Shown here one piece after another: positions 22,276-31,900 of a stretch of 64,000 nucleotides of DNA; the first letter of the stretch is position 1, and every line of letters begins with the position of its first letter. Below the pieces are notes generated by a model. That model ran no database searches. It saw only the letters and a program-made list of their open reading frames with translations, and was not told the DNA's origin. Made by a program: the position numbers and the translations under genes. Origin of the DNA: Mayamaea pseudoterrestris (lineage: Eukaryota); contig BROI01000028.1 of NCBI GenBank assembly GCA_027923505.1, positions 310,001 to 374,000 on the forward strand, given 5' to 3'.

Positions 22276-25200
22276 ATGGACAATCAGTCACTAAATTCGC
22301 ATAGCCGCGACTCGCCGGACTGGGGAAGCATGGGCGGAAACTCGGGAGACGGACTTGCCGGTAGTGCTATGGGGAATCCGCCGCAGGGAGTGATAGTGCC
22401 GTCCACCCCGCCGCCCCAGCCACCATCCTACGACGGAGGCGGCGGCATTACGCGCTTTGCGACTCCAGAATTAGTGCAGCAGCAACTACAGCAACAGCAG
22501 CAAGCAGTCTCCTATGCGTCTCCGCAAGCCGCAGCTGGTATGCAGAGCATTCCTATGCAGGGAAGCAGCAATTATGGTGGAATCAAGTCTCCACCACCCG
22601 GATCGTTTGCGGCTCGATCGCAGCAAGCCTATCAGCAGCAGCAACAACAACAACACCAGCAATACGCTCCAAATCAAACCTATGCTGCTGCTAATCCGTC
22701 GCCGCAATACACTTTAGTAGCGAATCCGTCGTCTGCTACTGCCTACGCAGCAAGGTCGCAGGCTAGTTATCAGCAGCCACCGCAGCAAGCAATGGCCTAC
22801 GGCAATCAGCAGCCGACGGCTACTGCTGCCTATGCTGGTCCGCCGCCGCAACAACAATCAGCAGCTCAGTATCAGCAACCGCAAACAATATTGCCGCAGC
22901 AGACTGCACCTGCGCCAAGCACGTCGGGCTCGTTCGCCGCGCGATCGGCGCAAGCTTACGCGCAGCAGCAGCAAGCGTATGCAACGCCGCAGCAGCAACA
23001 CGCGGCGCCGACGCCGTACAATACGCCAAACGTGTATACACCAGCTTCGACGACAACACCCCAGTATCAGCAGCAGCAGCAGTCGAATGTTTATTCGCCG
23101 GCGGCATTAACCAATCAGTCGAATGTGTATGCACCGCCGCAACAGCCAGGACTCTTGTCGCCACGGCCCGAACAAGTGCTACAGCAGCAGCAACAAATCG
23201 CAAGTCCGTATGCTCAGCAGCCGCAGCCTCCAGTATCGCACGTTGTCTCGTCGTCCTCGGACAATTACTCGACGGTGTCGTCCATGCATTCCGTGGCTCA
23301 TTCGACTCTCTTGCAGCAGCACGATCCACATCAGGCGCACCAGCAGTTGCAGCAGAAACTCTTGACCGACGCCACGCGCAAACTGCAGGAGCATGCCTAC
23401 TACATGAAGCAAGCCATGGAGCAAACGAATTTGCCCATTGCTTTGGACCGTGCCGCGCACATGGTGGGTGAACTGGGAGGTCCACCGCATGGGCCGCACC
23501 ATCATCACGTTGGCAGCAACGGCAATGGAGGTCCAGCCAACACGGGGAACGCTGCCAAGCTTGATCCGAAACATTACTATGAGCTTTACATGCGTGTCTT
23601 GGATGAATTGCCGGCATTTGAAGAATACTTGTTGGGCTTGGCCAAGCAGGCGGGCGCGCCCGACTCGATTCAGATTGTCGACACGACGCAAACAACAGTG
23701 GTTCGCACCGCGCCGTATACGATGAAGGAGCTGTACGATTGCACGCAGTACTGTCCGCGTGTCATGTCCCGACTGTATCTGCAGATTGCGGCTGGGTCTG
23801 CCTTGATTCGGAGTGGAGAAGTTTGCGCCAAGTGGGTGCTGCACGACTTGCAGCAGGTGGTTCGCTGCGAGCAGAATCCGATTCGTGGATTGTTTCTGCG
23901 ACATTACTTGCTGACGGCGCTCCGCGACAAGTTGCCCGACACGCCGGCGCCAATGGCGGGTGCTTCTCATTTGGAAACGATTATTGACGATGAGGAGCTG
24001 GAAGGGCAAATTGAGAATGAAGTCATTTCGGAGACTGATCCTGGGAATGTCAAGGACTCGTACGAGTTTATTCTCGACAACTTGAAGGAAATGAACAAGT
24101 TGTGGGTTCGCATCCAGCATTTACCGGGCGAAGGGCGAAACAAGGACGTGAGAAAGCGGCGAGAGCGAGAGCGGAATGATCTTCGCATGATTGTCGGCAC
24201 AAATCTTGTTCGCCTGTCGCAGTTAAAGTGTGTCACGTCCAAGATTTATGGAGAATACATTCTGCCTCAGATATTGGACCATATTGTGGTTTATGGTGAT
24301 CCGCTGTCGCAGGCGTACATGATGGATTGCCTTGTGCAGGTCTTTCCTGACGAATATCATATTGAGACAATGCCGATCCTGCTGAGTGTTTGTCCGAGGT
24401 TACGCGACAAGGTGAATATTCGCACGATTCTACAAGGGCTAATGGATCGACTTGCGAATTATCTGGCGGAAGAGGAGCTGCTTGACGAGACTGATACCAA
24501 CCAAGTGAAGAGGGCACTTGCTCGAGACTCCTTTACATTGTTCGAGGAGTGCATCAGTAAGGTATACAATTCACGTGGTCCAAAACTCACTTCAATGGAG
24601 GTACTGCGACTTCAGGCTGGCTTGCTACAGTATTCTCTTCGATGCTTTCCTGGCAACATGGAGCAAATTGCACATGGTCTCGCTGGTTGTGTGAGAGGGC
24701 TTCGCCAAGCGAATGCGTCGTATGATATTCCAGACGGCACCATGGCTCATGTCCCAGAAGGTGCGCTTGTCATTAAGAATATGGACCTAATGTCCATCAT
24801 TGAATTGGAGAAGATGCTTTCGATTCCCTTGGAATCGTTAGGGTTGCGAGTGCTTGAGCTGGACCCATACAGTGATTTGGCGGCGTTCCTTCCATGGTTG
24901 AATAGGCGCCAACTCGCCTTGAATATGCTTGATGCAGTGACGAAGCGCGGGTCCGCGCCTAAAACTGTCGACGAGATTGAAAAACTGTTTAAAGTTATCG
25001 AACCAGTTCTTATGGATCAGACCGTGGCCCTAACTGGTACACCGACCACAAGCCACTCAATGGAAAATGCGACTAGGCTCATGGCTGGACTCGGCGTTAA
25101 CACAAATCTATCAGAGACATATCCAGCGACCAGCATCGATTCCAATACAAATAGCGAAAGTGCTGGCGTATCCAGACTTATCCATTTATTGTATCATGAC

Positions 25201-26376
25201 GAAACAGACACACAATTTGAGATGTTACGCGTCGCGCAAAAACATTTATGTAAGGGCGGGCCGCAGCGTAACTGGCAATCTCTGGTTGCCGTCGCTTTTG
25301 TGTCAGTCCGCTTAGCCGAGCGCGTGTTCAATCTCGAACAGGGCGCGCGTAGTGCGACAATGCCGGTGGACGATCAGGAGCATAAACTGACTTCGACCGA
25401 CGAGCAAGCAACAGTTACGGTAGAAGCGCCTGAGCAAGAATTGAGTTCCAACAACCAACAAGGTATATTACAGGATGAATCAGAAGTTGCGAGTCTGGAA
25501 GTGAGCAAAACTGACGAACAAGCTCCAGAAAAGGAGGCATTAGAGGTTAGTGGCGCGTCTAAATCGAAAATTGACAATTCGCAGGAAGAAGAAGTAGCGC
25601 AAAATGATGCACGAACGATGAGATCGATTACTTGTCGGAACATTTTCGTGTTCATTCAAGAAACCATTGATATGATTGCGAAAGCAAATGCTGAAGCCGC
25701 ATTGAAGCTGTTTCTTGAAATGGCGCTAGCGGCAGATGGACTCTTAGCCCGAACAATGTCAGCTACAAATACAATCGATTACTCGTTCATTGCGTACGAG
25801 TTTCTAACGCAGGCGTTTAGCCAATATGAAGACTCCATTAGCGACGGAAAGGCACAGCATCGCTGTATCAAGCTCATGATTGGAACTCTGTTGGCGTCGC
25901 GTCGATTTAGCAAGGATGAGTACGAGCGACTCATCACCAAGGTAGCTCAGTATTCGGCCAAACTTTTAAAGAAAAATGATCAATGCGAGCTCGTCGCCCA
26001 ATGCGCCCTTTTGTTTTATTCGACCGATGACGAGAAGCGACAAGTCTATAGCAATCCCCAACGGGCTCTCGAATGCTTGCAGCGGGCGTTGAAGCTTGCC
26101 GATGCTTGCACTTCCGCAAACCCTGCCAATGCTTTCTTATTCATTGAGCTTCTGGAAACCTACATTTTCTTTTTCGAGCACAAGAATCCCTCAATTTCGG
26201 CAGCTTACATAACTGGTTTGGTCGCTTTGGTGAAGGAGCACACAGTAAATAGCCAAGATGATTCTCGAGCCATGGCGGAAGTCAAGAGTCACTTCAACGA
26301 AGTTATTCAATTTATAAAAATGAAAAAGGAGGATGAGTTGACAGCTGAACTATTTGCCTCGGTCCTGATTGAATAG
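22276..26376 (+). CDS. VPS35: Retromer subunit VPS35 with a long Q/P-rich N-terminal extension
   Basis: Motifs PKHYYELYM, RLYLQI, NPIRGLFLRHYL, EMNKLWVRIQH, VGTNLVRLSQL, QVFPDEYH and ECLQRALKLAD. ATG at 22276 is preferred over 22012. Confidence 0.93.
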   Translation: MDNQSLNSHSRDSPDWGSMGGNSGDGLAGSAMGNPPQGVIVPSTPPPQPPSYDGGGGITRFATPELVQQQLQQQQQAVSYASPQAAAGMQSIPMQGSSNYGGIKSPPPGSFAARSQQAYQQQQQQQHQQYAPNQTYAAANPSPQYTLVANPSSATAYAARSQASYQQPPQQAMAYGNQQPTATAAYAGPPPQQQSAAQYQQPQTILPQQTAPAPSTSGSFAARSAQAYAQQQQAYATPQQQHAAPTPYNTPNVYTPASTTTPQYQQQQQSNVYSPAALTNQSNVYAPPQQPGLLSPRPEQVLQQQQQIASPYAQQPQPPVSHVVSSSSDNYSTVSSMHSVAHSTLLQQHDPHQAHQQLQQKLLTDATRKLQEHAYYMKQAMEQTNLPIALDRAAHMVGELGGPPHGPHHHHVGSNGNGGPANTGNAAKLDPKHYYELYMRVLDELPAFEEYLLGLAKQAGAPDSIQIVDTTQTTVVRTAPYTMKELYDCTQYCPRVMSRLYLQIAAGSALIRSGEVCAKWVLHDLQQVVRCEQNPIRGLFLRHYLLTALRDKLPDTPAPMAGASHLETIIDDEELEGQIENEVISETDPGNVKDSYEFILDNLKEMNKLWVRIQHLPGEGRNKDVRKRRERERNDLRMIVGTNLVRLSQLKCVTSKIYGEYILPQILDHIVVYGDPLSQAYMMDCLVQVFPDEYHIETMPILLSVCPRLRDKVNIRTILQGLMDRLANYLAEEELLDETDTNQVKRALARDSFTLFEECISKVYNSRGPKLTSMEVLRLQAGLLQYSLRCFPGNMEQIAHGLAGCVRGLRQANASYDIPDGTMAHVPEGALVIKNMDLMSIIELEKMLSIPLESLGLRVLELDPYSDLAAFLPWLNRRQLALNMLDAVTKRGSAPKTVDEIEKLFKVIEPVLMDQTVALTGTPTTSHSMENATRLMAGLGVNTNLSETYPATSIDSNTNSESAGVSRLIHLLYHDETDTQFEMLRVAQKHLCKGGPQRNWQSLVAVAFVSVRLAERVFNLEQGARSATMPVDDQEHKLTSTDEQATVTVEAPEQELSSNNQQGILQDESEVASLEVSKTDEQAPEKEALEVSGASKSKIDNSQEEEVAQNDARTMRSITCRNIFVFIQETIDMIAKANAEAALKLFLEMALAADGLLARTMSATNTIDYSFIAYEFLTQAFSQYEDSISDGKAQHRCIKLMIGTLLASRRFSKDEYERLITKVAQYSAKLLKKNDQCELVAQCALLFYSTDDEKRQVYSNPQRALECLQRALKLADACTSANPANAFLFIELLETYIFFFEHKNPSISAAYITGLVALVKEHTVNSQDDSRAMAEVKSHFNEVIQFIKMKKEDELTAELFASVLIE

Positions 26377-26497
26377 CAAGTATGTGCTGGTGACGGCGTC
26401 ATGCAAGCAGTAGCAAAGTGTACTATCTTAGTAGTTGAATGAGAAAATTTGAACAATAATGTCAAGCTATACATGAAATGCAACGAATGTACATGAT

Positions 26498-27838
26498 CTA
26501 TATTGCAAAAGAGATTGTAGCCTGCTCGCGCGTCCACTCGCCCGAAGATGACCCTGTCACAAGTTTGGCGACTCCGATGGCGGTACTACCGTCCGGACCC
26601 TGTCCAGTATAATACATACGAAGGGAGCCATCGTCAATTCTCAGAACATGCGGAGATCCCACTCCAGCAAAGTCCCATGCATCAGGTCCGTCACCGACGT
26701 CTAGTGCTATCCCATTTTTGCTCCACGATTTCGTGTCGCGCGAAGTTGCCTTCATTATTCGGTGCTTATTGTCTTCTGGCGATACACCTTCATAGTACAT
26801 GGTCCACGAGCCCTTCTCGTTCCATTTGCCGGACGACTCGTCAAAATCAGCGTCTCGAATGACGCAACAACGAGCAATTCCCGCACTGTCCAAACCTGCA
26901 TCGTCGGGCCGCAAACAAACTCCTGCCTTTTGCCAGCGAAAGCCATCCCCTGAAACGGCGCGAGCAATACATTTTTCCTTGGTATCTTTCATCATTGTGC
27001 TGTAATACATGAGGAAGGCTTCGTCCTTGGGCGCATCCAAATTGACTACAACTTCTGGCCACGCGCAGTAAAGCTCCTCCGGCATGTTCTTTGGTGGTGT
27101 ATTGTCCTTCACATTTGGATCACTCAGATCGTGTGGCACCATGACTGCTCCTGTTGGATCATCTCCTTCCACGCGACCCCAGCTAATCCCATCTTGACTA
27201 ATGGCGACGCCAATGCGCATCTTCATGCCTTGAATGCTGGCGTCCTTGACGGACTCTGGGGCACTAACCATGTAGTCTGCTATTTTCGAATCTTCATAGT
27301 TGCCACCCATGAAATACATCAAATACACTCCACTCTCTGACAGTACAGCCGGCGTGGACATTGGTAGCAAAACATTCCCCAGTCCAACATGGGAAGTATC
27401 AAAGGACCACCAGGACTCCTTGTTCAACCCGAGACTCACTCCTGGCGTATCCTCGCTTGCGCTCCCCTCCTCATCCTTGACCCAAACCAATCCATTCTTA
27501 GATGTCGCTCGTCCAATGCGTCCCGTGGATAATGGCGGCAGAGTCGGCACGTCCATTTCCTTGGATCGTCCATGGAACCACATGACGTACTCGATTTCAG
27601 AGTCGCCAGCGTCACGGGCGTACCGATGGACGCGGGCATTTCCCACCTTCCAGCTATCAAATTTTTCGGCAGAGGAGGAAGGCTCCAGCACAATGTTATT
27701 ATTGACGGCGGCGTGTAATGGGGCGAGCCTTGATGTATGGCGGTTGTTTCCAATTTGTGTTTGCGTCCAAGCGTCTGTGACAGCCACCAAGTAGCTCAAG
27801 ACTATTGATAATGGGAGCAGACATCTGACTTGCAACAT
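26498..27838 (-). CDS. Five-bladed beta-propeller glycosyl hydrolase-like protein (GH32/43/130-like fold)
   Basis: Repeated blades (YVMWFHG, YLMYFMG, FLMYYS, WTMYYEG, LRMYYTG), each followed by IGxAxSxDGxxW-like motifs; N-terminal signal peptide. Confidence 0.8.
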   Translation of the reverse strand: MLQVRCLLPLSIVLSYLVAVTDAWTQTQIGNNRHTSRLAPLHAAVNNNIVLEPSSSAEKFDSWKVGNARVHRYARDAGDSEIEYVMWFHGRSKEMDVPTLPPLSTGRIGRATSKNGLVWVKDEEGSASEDTPGVSLGLNKESWWSFDTSHVGLGNVLLPMSTPAVLSESGVYLMYFMGGNYEDSKIADYMVSAPESVKDASIQGMKMRIGVAISQDGISWGRVEGDDPTGAVMVPHDLSDPNVKDNTPPKNMPEELYCAWPEVVVNLDAPKDEAFLMYYSTMMKDTKEKCIARAVSGDGFRWQKAGVCLRPDDAGLDSAGIARCCVIRDADFDESSGKWNEKGSWTMYYEGVSPEDNKHRIMKATSRDTKSWSKNGIALDVGDGPDAWDFAGVGSPHVLRIDDGSLRMYYTGQGPDGSTAIGVAKLVTGSSSGEWTREQATISFAI

Positions 27839-28229
27839 GTTGTGGTAGATAATGTTGTATATTTAATCAGTTTAGCAAGACAATAGTCGAATAGGGCTGG
27901 TTGGTAAGGTTTGGCATGAGATCTAAAAATGATGCGGAAATTCTGTCGCGCAAACTTCAACAAGGCGATCTTACAGGCTTATGTGCTACTTGGCAGTGAG
28001 CAATGTTTGTTTGTTTAGCTCACTACACCATGCATAACAATGCCGGTCAACAGATACATCCAACACAATAGTCATGCATTAGCAGTCTTCTATTGTCTTA
28101 TCATAGCTGGCGAACTGCGATCCGTTGCAAAGCTTTGGCAGCAGCGACGGCGTCGAATATGTTTTCGTTTCGTGAAGCTACAAATACAATTAGACGGCGC
28201 TTTGAATAGCAGTAGGTATATGGACTGAT

Positions 28230-28907
28230 TTACACTGTCATGACCTCCTTCTCTTTGGCTGCGACGATATTGTCAACATCCTTAATGTGTTTGTCCGTCT
28301 GCTTTTGCACAGCGTCAAGGCCGTCCTTCATTTCGTCCTTGCCCAAGCTTCCATCCTTCTCCATCTTTTTGATCTTTTCCTGTCCATCTCTCCTTATATT
28401 TCGGATTGCGACTTTTCCCTCCTCGCCAATAGCCTTGCAGTTCTTCAACATGTCCTTTCGGCGATCCTCTGTCATTTCAGGAATGTTGATTCGAATGACA
28501 TTGCCGTCGCTGTTGGGAGTCAGTCCCAAGCCCGCTTCAATGATTGATTTTTCAATAGCATTCATTTGTGTCTTGTCGTAAGCGTCCACGAGGAGTTGTT
28601 GCGCCGTAGGAACGGAAATGGTTGCCATTTGATTGAGCGGAGTTTCGACGCCATAGTAGTCCACCTTGACTCGGTCCAACATATTTGCTGACGCCCGACC
28701 AGTCCTTACAGTGCTGAGATTTTGTTTCACAGAGTCGACTGACTTTTTCATGCGCTCATCCGTATCCTTGGTGATGTCTGTGACGGAAACGGCGCTACCA
28801 GCCGTGTCGGAGAAGAGACAGAAGGGAGCTCGGCGATGAACGTGTTGCGACACGAATGCAAAAGTCTCGGATGCGCAAAGTAGAGAAAGTAGTACAATTG
28901 AAATCAT
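28230..28907 (-). CDS. frr: Plastid ribosome recycling factor
   Basis: Motifs VRTGRAS, VDYYG..PLNQMA and EEGKVAIRNIRRD; signal + AF; ATG at 28907. Confidence 0.93.
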   Translation of the reverse strand: MISIVLLSLLCASETFAFVSQHVHRRAPFCLFSDTAGSAVSVTDITKDTDERMKKSVDSVKQNLSTVRTGRASANMLDRVKVDYYGVETPLNQMATISVPTAQQLLVDAYDKTQMNAIEKSIIEAGLGLTPNSDGNVIRINIPEMTEDRRKDMLKNCKAIGEEGKVAIRNIRRDGQEKIKKMEKDGSLGKDEMKDGLDAVQKQTDKHIKDVDNIVAAKEKEVMTV

Positions 28908-29081
28908 GGTTGCTAATGAACTGAAAAAGTCGCTTCGTAGAGACAGTTTTGTGGTGGCCACTCGCACGAGCAGCAGTTTCATCGAACATCAACGCGGCGG
29001 AAAGGAATCCGGTCACACACATTCGTCAGCAGGTTGAAACCAATGCGACATGTGAAGTTGGTACCATGAATTGCACCGAGG

Positions 29082-29968
29082 GACCGGGGTCAAGGGGGAT
29101 AAATTTACAGGGTGTGCATCGAAGTTGGCGCCACAATTTTACTGTGAATTTTAACTGTACAAACTGTTAGGGTTTGACGATCTTGAATACTATGTAGCGA
29201 CCATTGGGTACCGGATTGAAACGCTGTACCGCTAAGACTTTTGCAAAATTCTACACAAGTCGAGGAACTGCCGTCGATAGCACCGCGATAAAGAACGTAA
29301 AAGGATCCCTTCAAATTCACCTTTTTAAGCCTTTGTTTGATCTATAACTTTGCAAACAGTCATTATATGCTAGTGAAAGCATTACTGTCAAGTTAAAATA
29401 GGCCAGCTTTTAGTTTTGAGGTCATGTATCGTACCCCACACACGTGGAAGAATTGCCTTGACGGACAACGCAAAAGCACACTATAACAACCATTCCCATG
29501 GCCTACTACGCATGTGTTTCCTCAATTATTGGTATCTGATGTGCCGATTGTTTCAAAACGATTATTATTGTTACAATTTCTATTCGTACGACATGGCAGG
29601 AGCCAGACATTGATGGCACATTGAAGCATCTGGGATCAAGTTTATGACTCTTTCTATAAAAACGTTTACGTCCCAAGGTCATATACTTTGATAGTGTAGG
29701 TTGAGGATGCGTCATGCAGCCATTGTCATGTTTTAAATGAAGGAAAAAGCACTTGCAATGCACCTGAATTACAGCGATGGTACTCTGAAACGGATGAAGA
29801 GTGTGTAGAATTTTGCACAACACGGGCATCGCGTGAAAAATAGTGTACAATTCTCTATAGTAACAGCTGTTTTGTATTTAACAAATCGTGGTGAAAAGGT
29901 CGCTACATAGGGTTGGCCGAAATTGTGACGTTGCACACCCTGTAAATTTATCCCCCTTGACCGGGGTC
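29082..29968. mobile_element. Non-autonomous TIR element (MITE-like), about 0.88 kb
   Basis: Perfect 31-bp inverted repeat GGTCAAGGGGGATAAATTTACAGGGTGTGCA at 29088-29118 and 29932-29962; AT-rich non-coding interior. Confidence 0.8.
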
Positions 29969-29969
29969 T

Positions 29970-30404
29970 TGTTGGATGTCTATGCGACATAGGCGGACGT
30001 CCATGCGACATCGAAGGATCAGGCGGGATTCGGTTCGGTCCCCACAAACCAGCCTCGCCACAGACTGACGATGGCGATGACACCCTCGCCATTGGCAAGG
30101 GGATGGCGAAGCATCCAACTGACTTACTCTCTAACTATTTGTTCTATCACCAGTTAATAATGGCTACAAACGCCAAAGCACCCTAATTACCCGCAAGACG
30201 GCAAGTTCACTGGCTATCATACATAGCAGGCCCAAGCAAGCCAGCACCTCGGCGAGACTCGGCCTGCAATGGCAGTAAATTATAGCAGTAACACTAAACA
30301 CTCACAGTTACCAAACGAAGCAGACCTTCTTTGATTTCTAGTTACTTGCATGTAGTAACCACCGAGCCCTTCAGTTGACAGTCGACTGAATCACCATAAC
30401 AACA
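29970..30404 (+). repeat. 5' LTR (435 bp)
   Basis: Begins TGTT and ends AACA; differs from the 3' LTR at 3 positions by manual comparison. Confidence 0.95.
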
Positions 30405-30445
30405 CGCTTCCTCTGCGCAACCCGCAACAACAACAGCAATCCAAC

Positions 30446-31900
30446 ATGGACGTCCAGATTCTTGATCTCACGAATCGCCTTGCAGCGATGCAGCGGGCCA
30501 ATGAGGTGGCCCTTGCCGCCTCCGAGGCTCGCCGTCTCCAAGACCAGGAAGCCAACGAAACTGCCCTCCGCAGTGCCATCGCAGCCGCCGTCGCTGAAGC
30601 CCTAGCAGGAAGATCCGCCCAGTCGGAGTCGACAACGACGACCGCTCCAAGCGATGGCCAACTGGCGTACCAGCTCACTCCCTTGGCGAGCAACGCCCCC
30701 ATGGCGTTCAACGATGCCAAGAACATGAAGGTGTTTATCGAGTCCTCCAAAGGACTGGACAAGAAGTTTTCGGGCAAGTCCGAGGAGCTAGCTGGCTTCT
30801 TGGCGGACTTGGACGACAAAGGGACCCAGTTTGGGTGGAACGTCTTCGACGTGCCCATTACTCCAACCAAGGAGGGCGCAGCGCCCATGAAGGATGGCAA
30901 GCTTGCCACCATTGCCAACCTGATCACCGAGTACGGCAAGTTGGACCTGGCCAAGGTCCAAGCTTTCGCCAAAACGTTCCTTGGCACGCAGACCCGCATG
31001 GCTCAGTCCGACAACCAGCTCGCCTCCACCATCTTGTCTTCCCTCGAGCCGGACATCAAGACTCGTGTCCGCCTCGCGGCGGCTGACTACAAGATCAAGA
31101 CGGAGAACTCGGCCGGCGAGGAGGTCATCACCGTGTCAGGAGTGGCCCTCCTCATGGTGATCATCACGAAGACGGTGCTGGACTCCCAGGCCACCATCTT
31201 CAACCTCCACAAGGAGATGATGGAGTGCTCGGGCACCAAACTGGGTGATGCATTCGATTACAACATCGACAAGTTTCATGATCATGTACGGCGCATTGAT
31301 CAGGACCTACAGAACCGGGGTCAAGTCACTCCAAACCAGATATCCATGCTTTTCCAGGCATACACCACCGTCACCAACGGGGCGTTCAAACGCATGATTG
31401 AGCGCAAACAAGATGACTACACCAGCGGGTCCTTCCCGAACCTGACGGCCGATGAGCTCATGGCTCAGATCTCGGCCTACTATCGCATGAAGGTGGAAGC
31501 CAAGCTCTGGACGGAAGCTACCAAGGCGGACGCCAGAGTCATCGCCCTGCAGACGGAGCTCAAGGCCCTCAAGATCAAGGCAGGAGTCGGCGAAAAGACC
31601 AGAGAGGAGCGCCAGCGCCAGCACACGGAGAACACTCCAAAGTGGATGATCACTCCCCCAAGCGACGGCGTCCTCTACAAGAAGGCCAAGAATGCCAAGG
31701 GCAAGGAGATGGATTGGATCTGGTGCTCTCACCACGCCAAGTGGGGTCAGCACAAGGCAGCGGACTGCCACAAGGCAAAGAACCAAGCTCCTCCAAGAGC
31801 GCCTCCGCCCGAGACGGCGGCCGCCTCGGCGACTACCCCAAACTCCACTCTCGTCTCCAACATGGCTCTGTATGGCCAGAACAGTGAGGAGGACGCCTGA
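30446..31900 (+). CDS. gag: Copia Gag
   Basis: Intact 484-aa ORF directly after the 5' LTR, with a C-terminal WCSHHAKWGQHKAADC zinc-knuckle-like motif. Confidence 0.85.
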   Translation: MDVQILDLTNRLAAMQRANEVALAASEARRLQDQEANETALRSAIAAAVAEALAGRSAQSESTTTTAPSDGQLAYQLTPLASNAPMAFNDAKNMKVFIESSKGLDKKFSGKSEELAGFLADLDDKGTQFGWNVFDVPITPTKEGAAPMKDGKLATIANLITEYGKLDLAKVQAFAKTFLGTQTRMAQSDNQLASTILSSLEPDIKTRVRLAAADYKIKTENSAGEEVITVSGVALLMVIITKTVLDSQATIFNLHKEMMECSGTKLGDAFDYNIDKFHDHVRRIDQDLQNRGQVTPNQISMLFQAYTTVTNGAFKRMIERKQDDYTSGSFPNLTADELMAQISAYYRMKVEAKLWTEATKADARVIALQTELKALKIKAGVGEKTREERQRQHTENTPKWMITPPSDGVLYKKAKNAKGKEMDWIWCSHHAKWGQHKAADCHKAKNQAPPRAPPPETAAASATTPNSTLVSNMALYGQNSEEDA

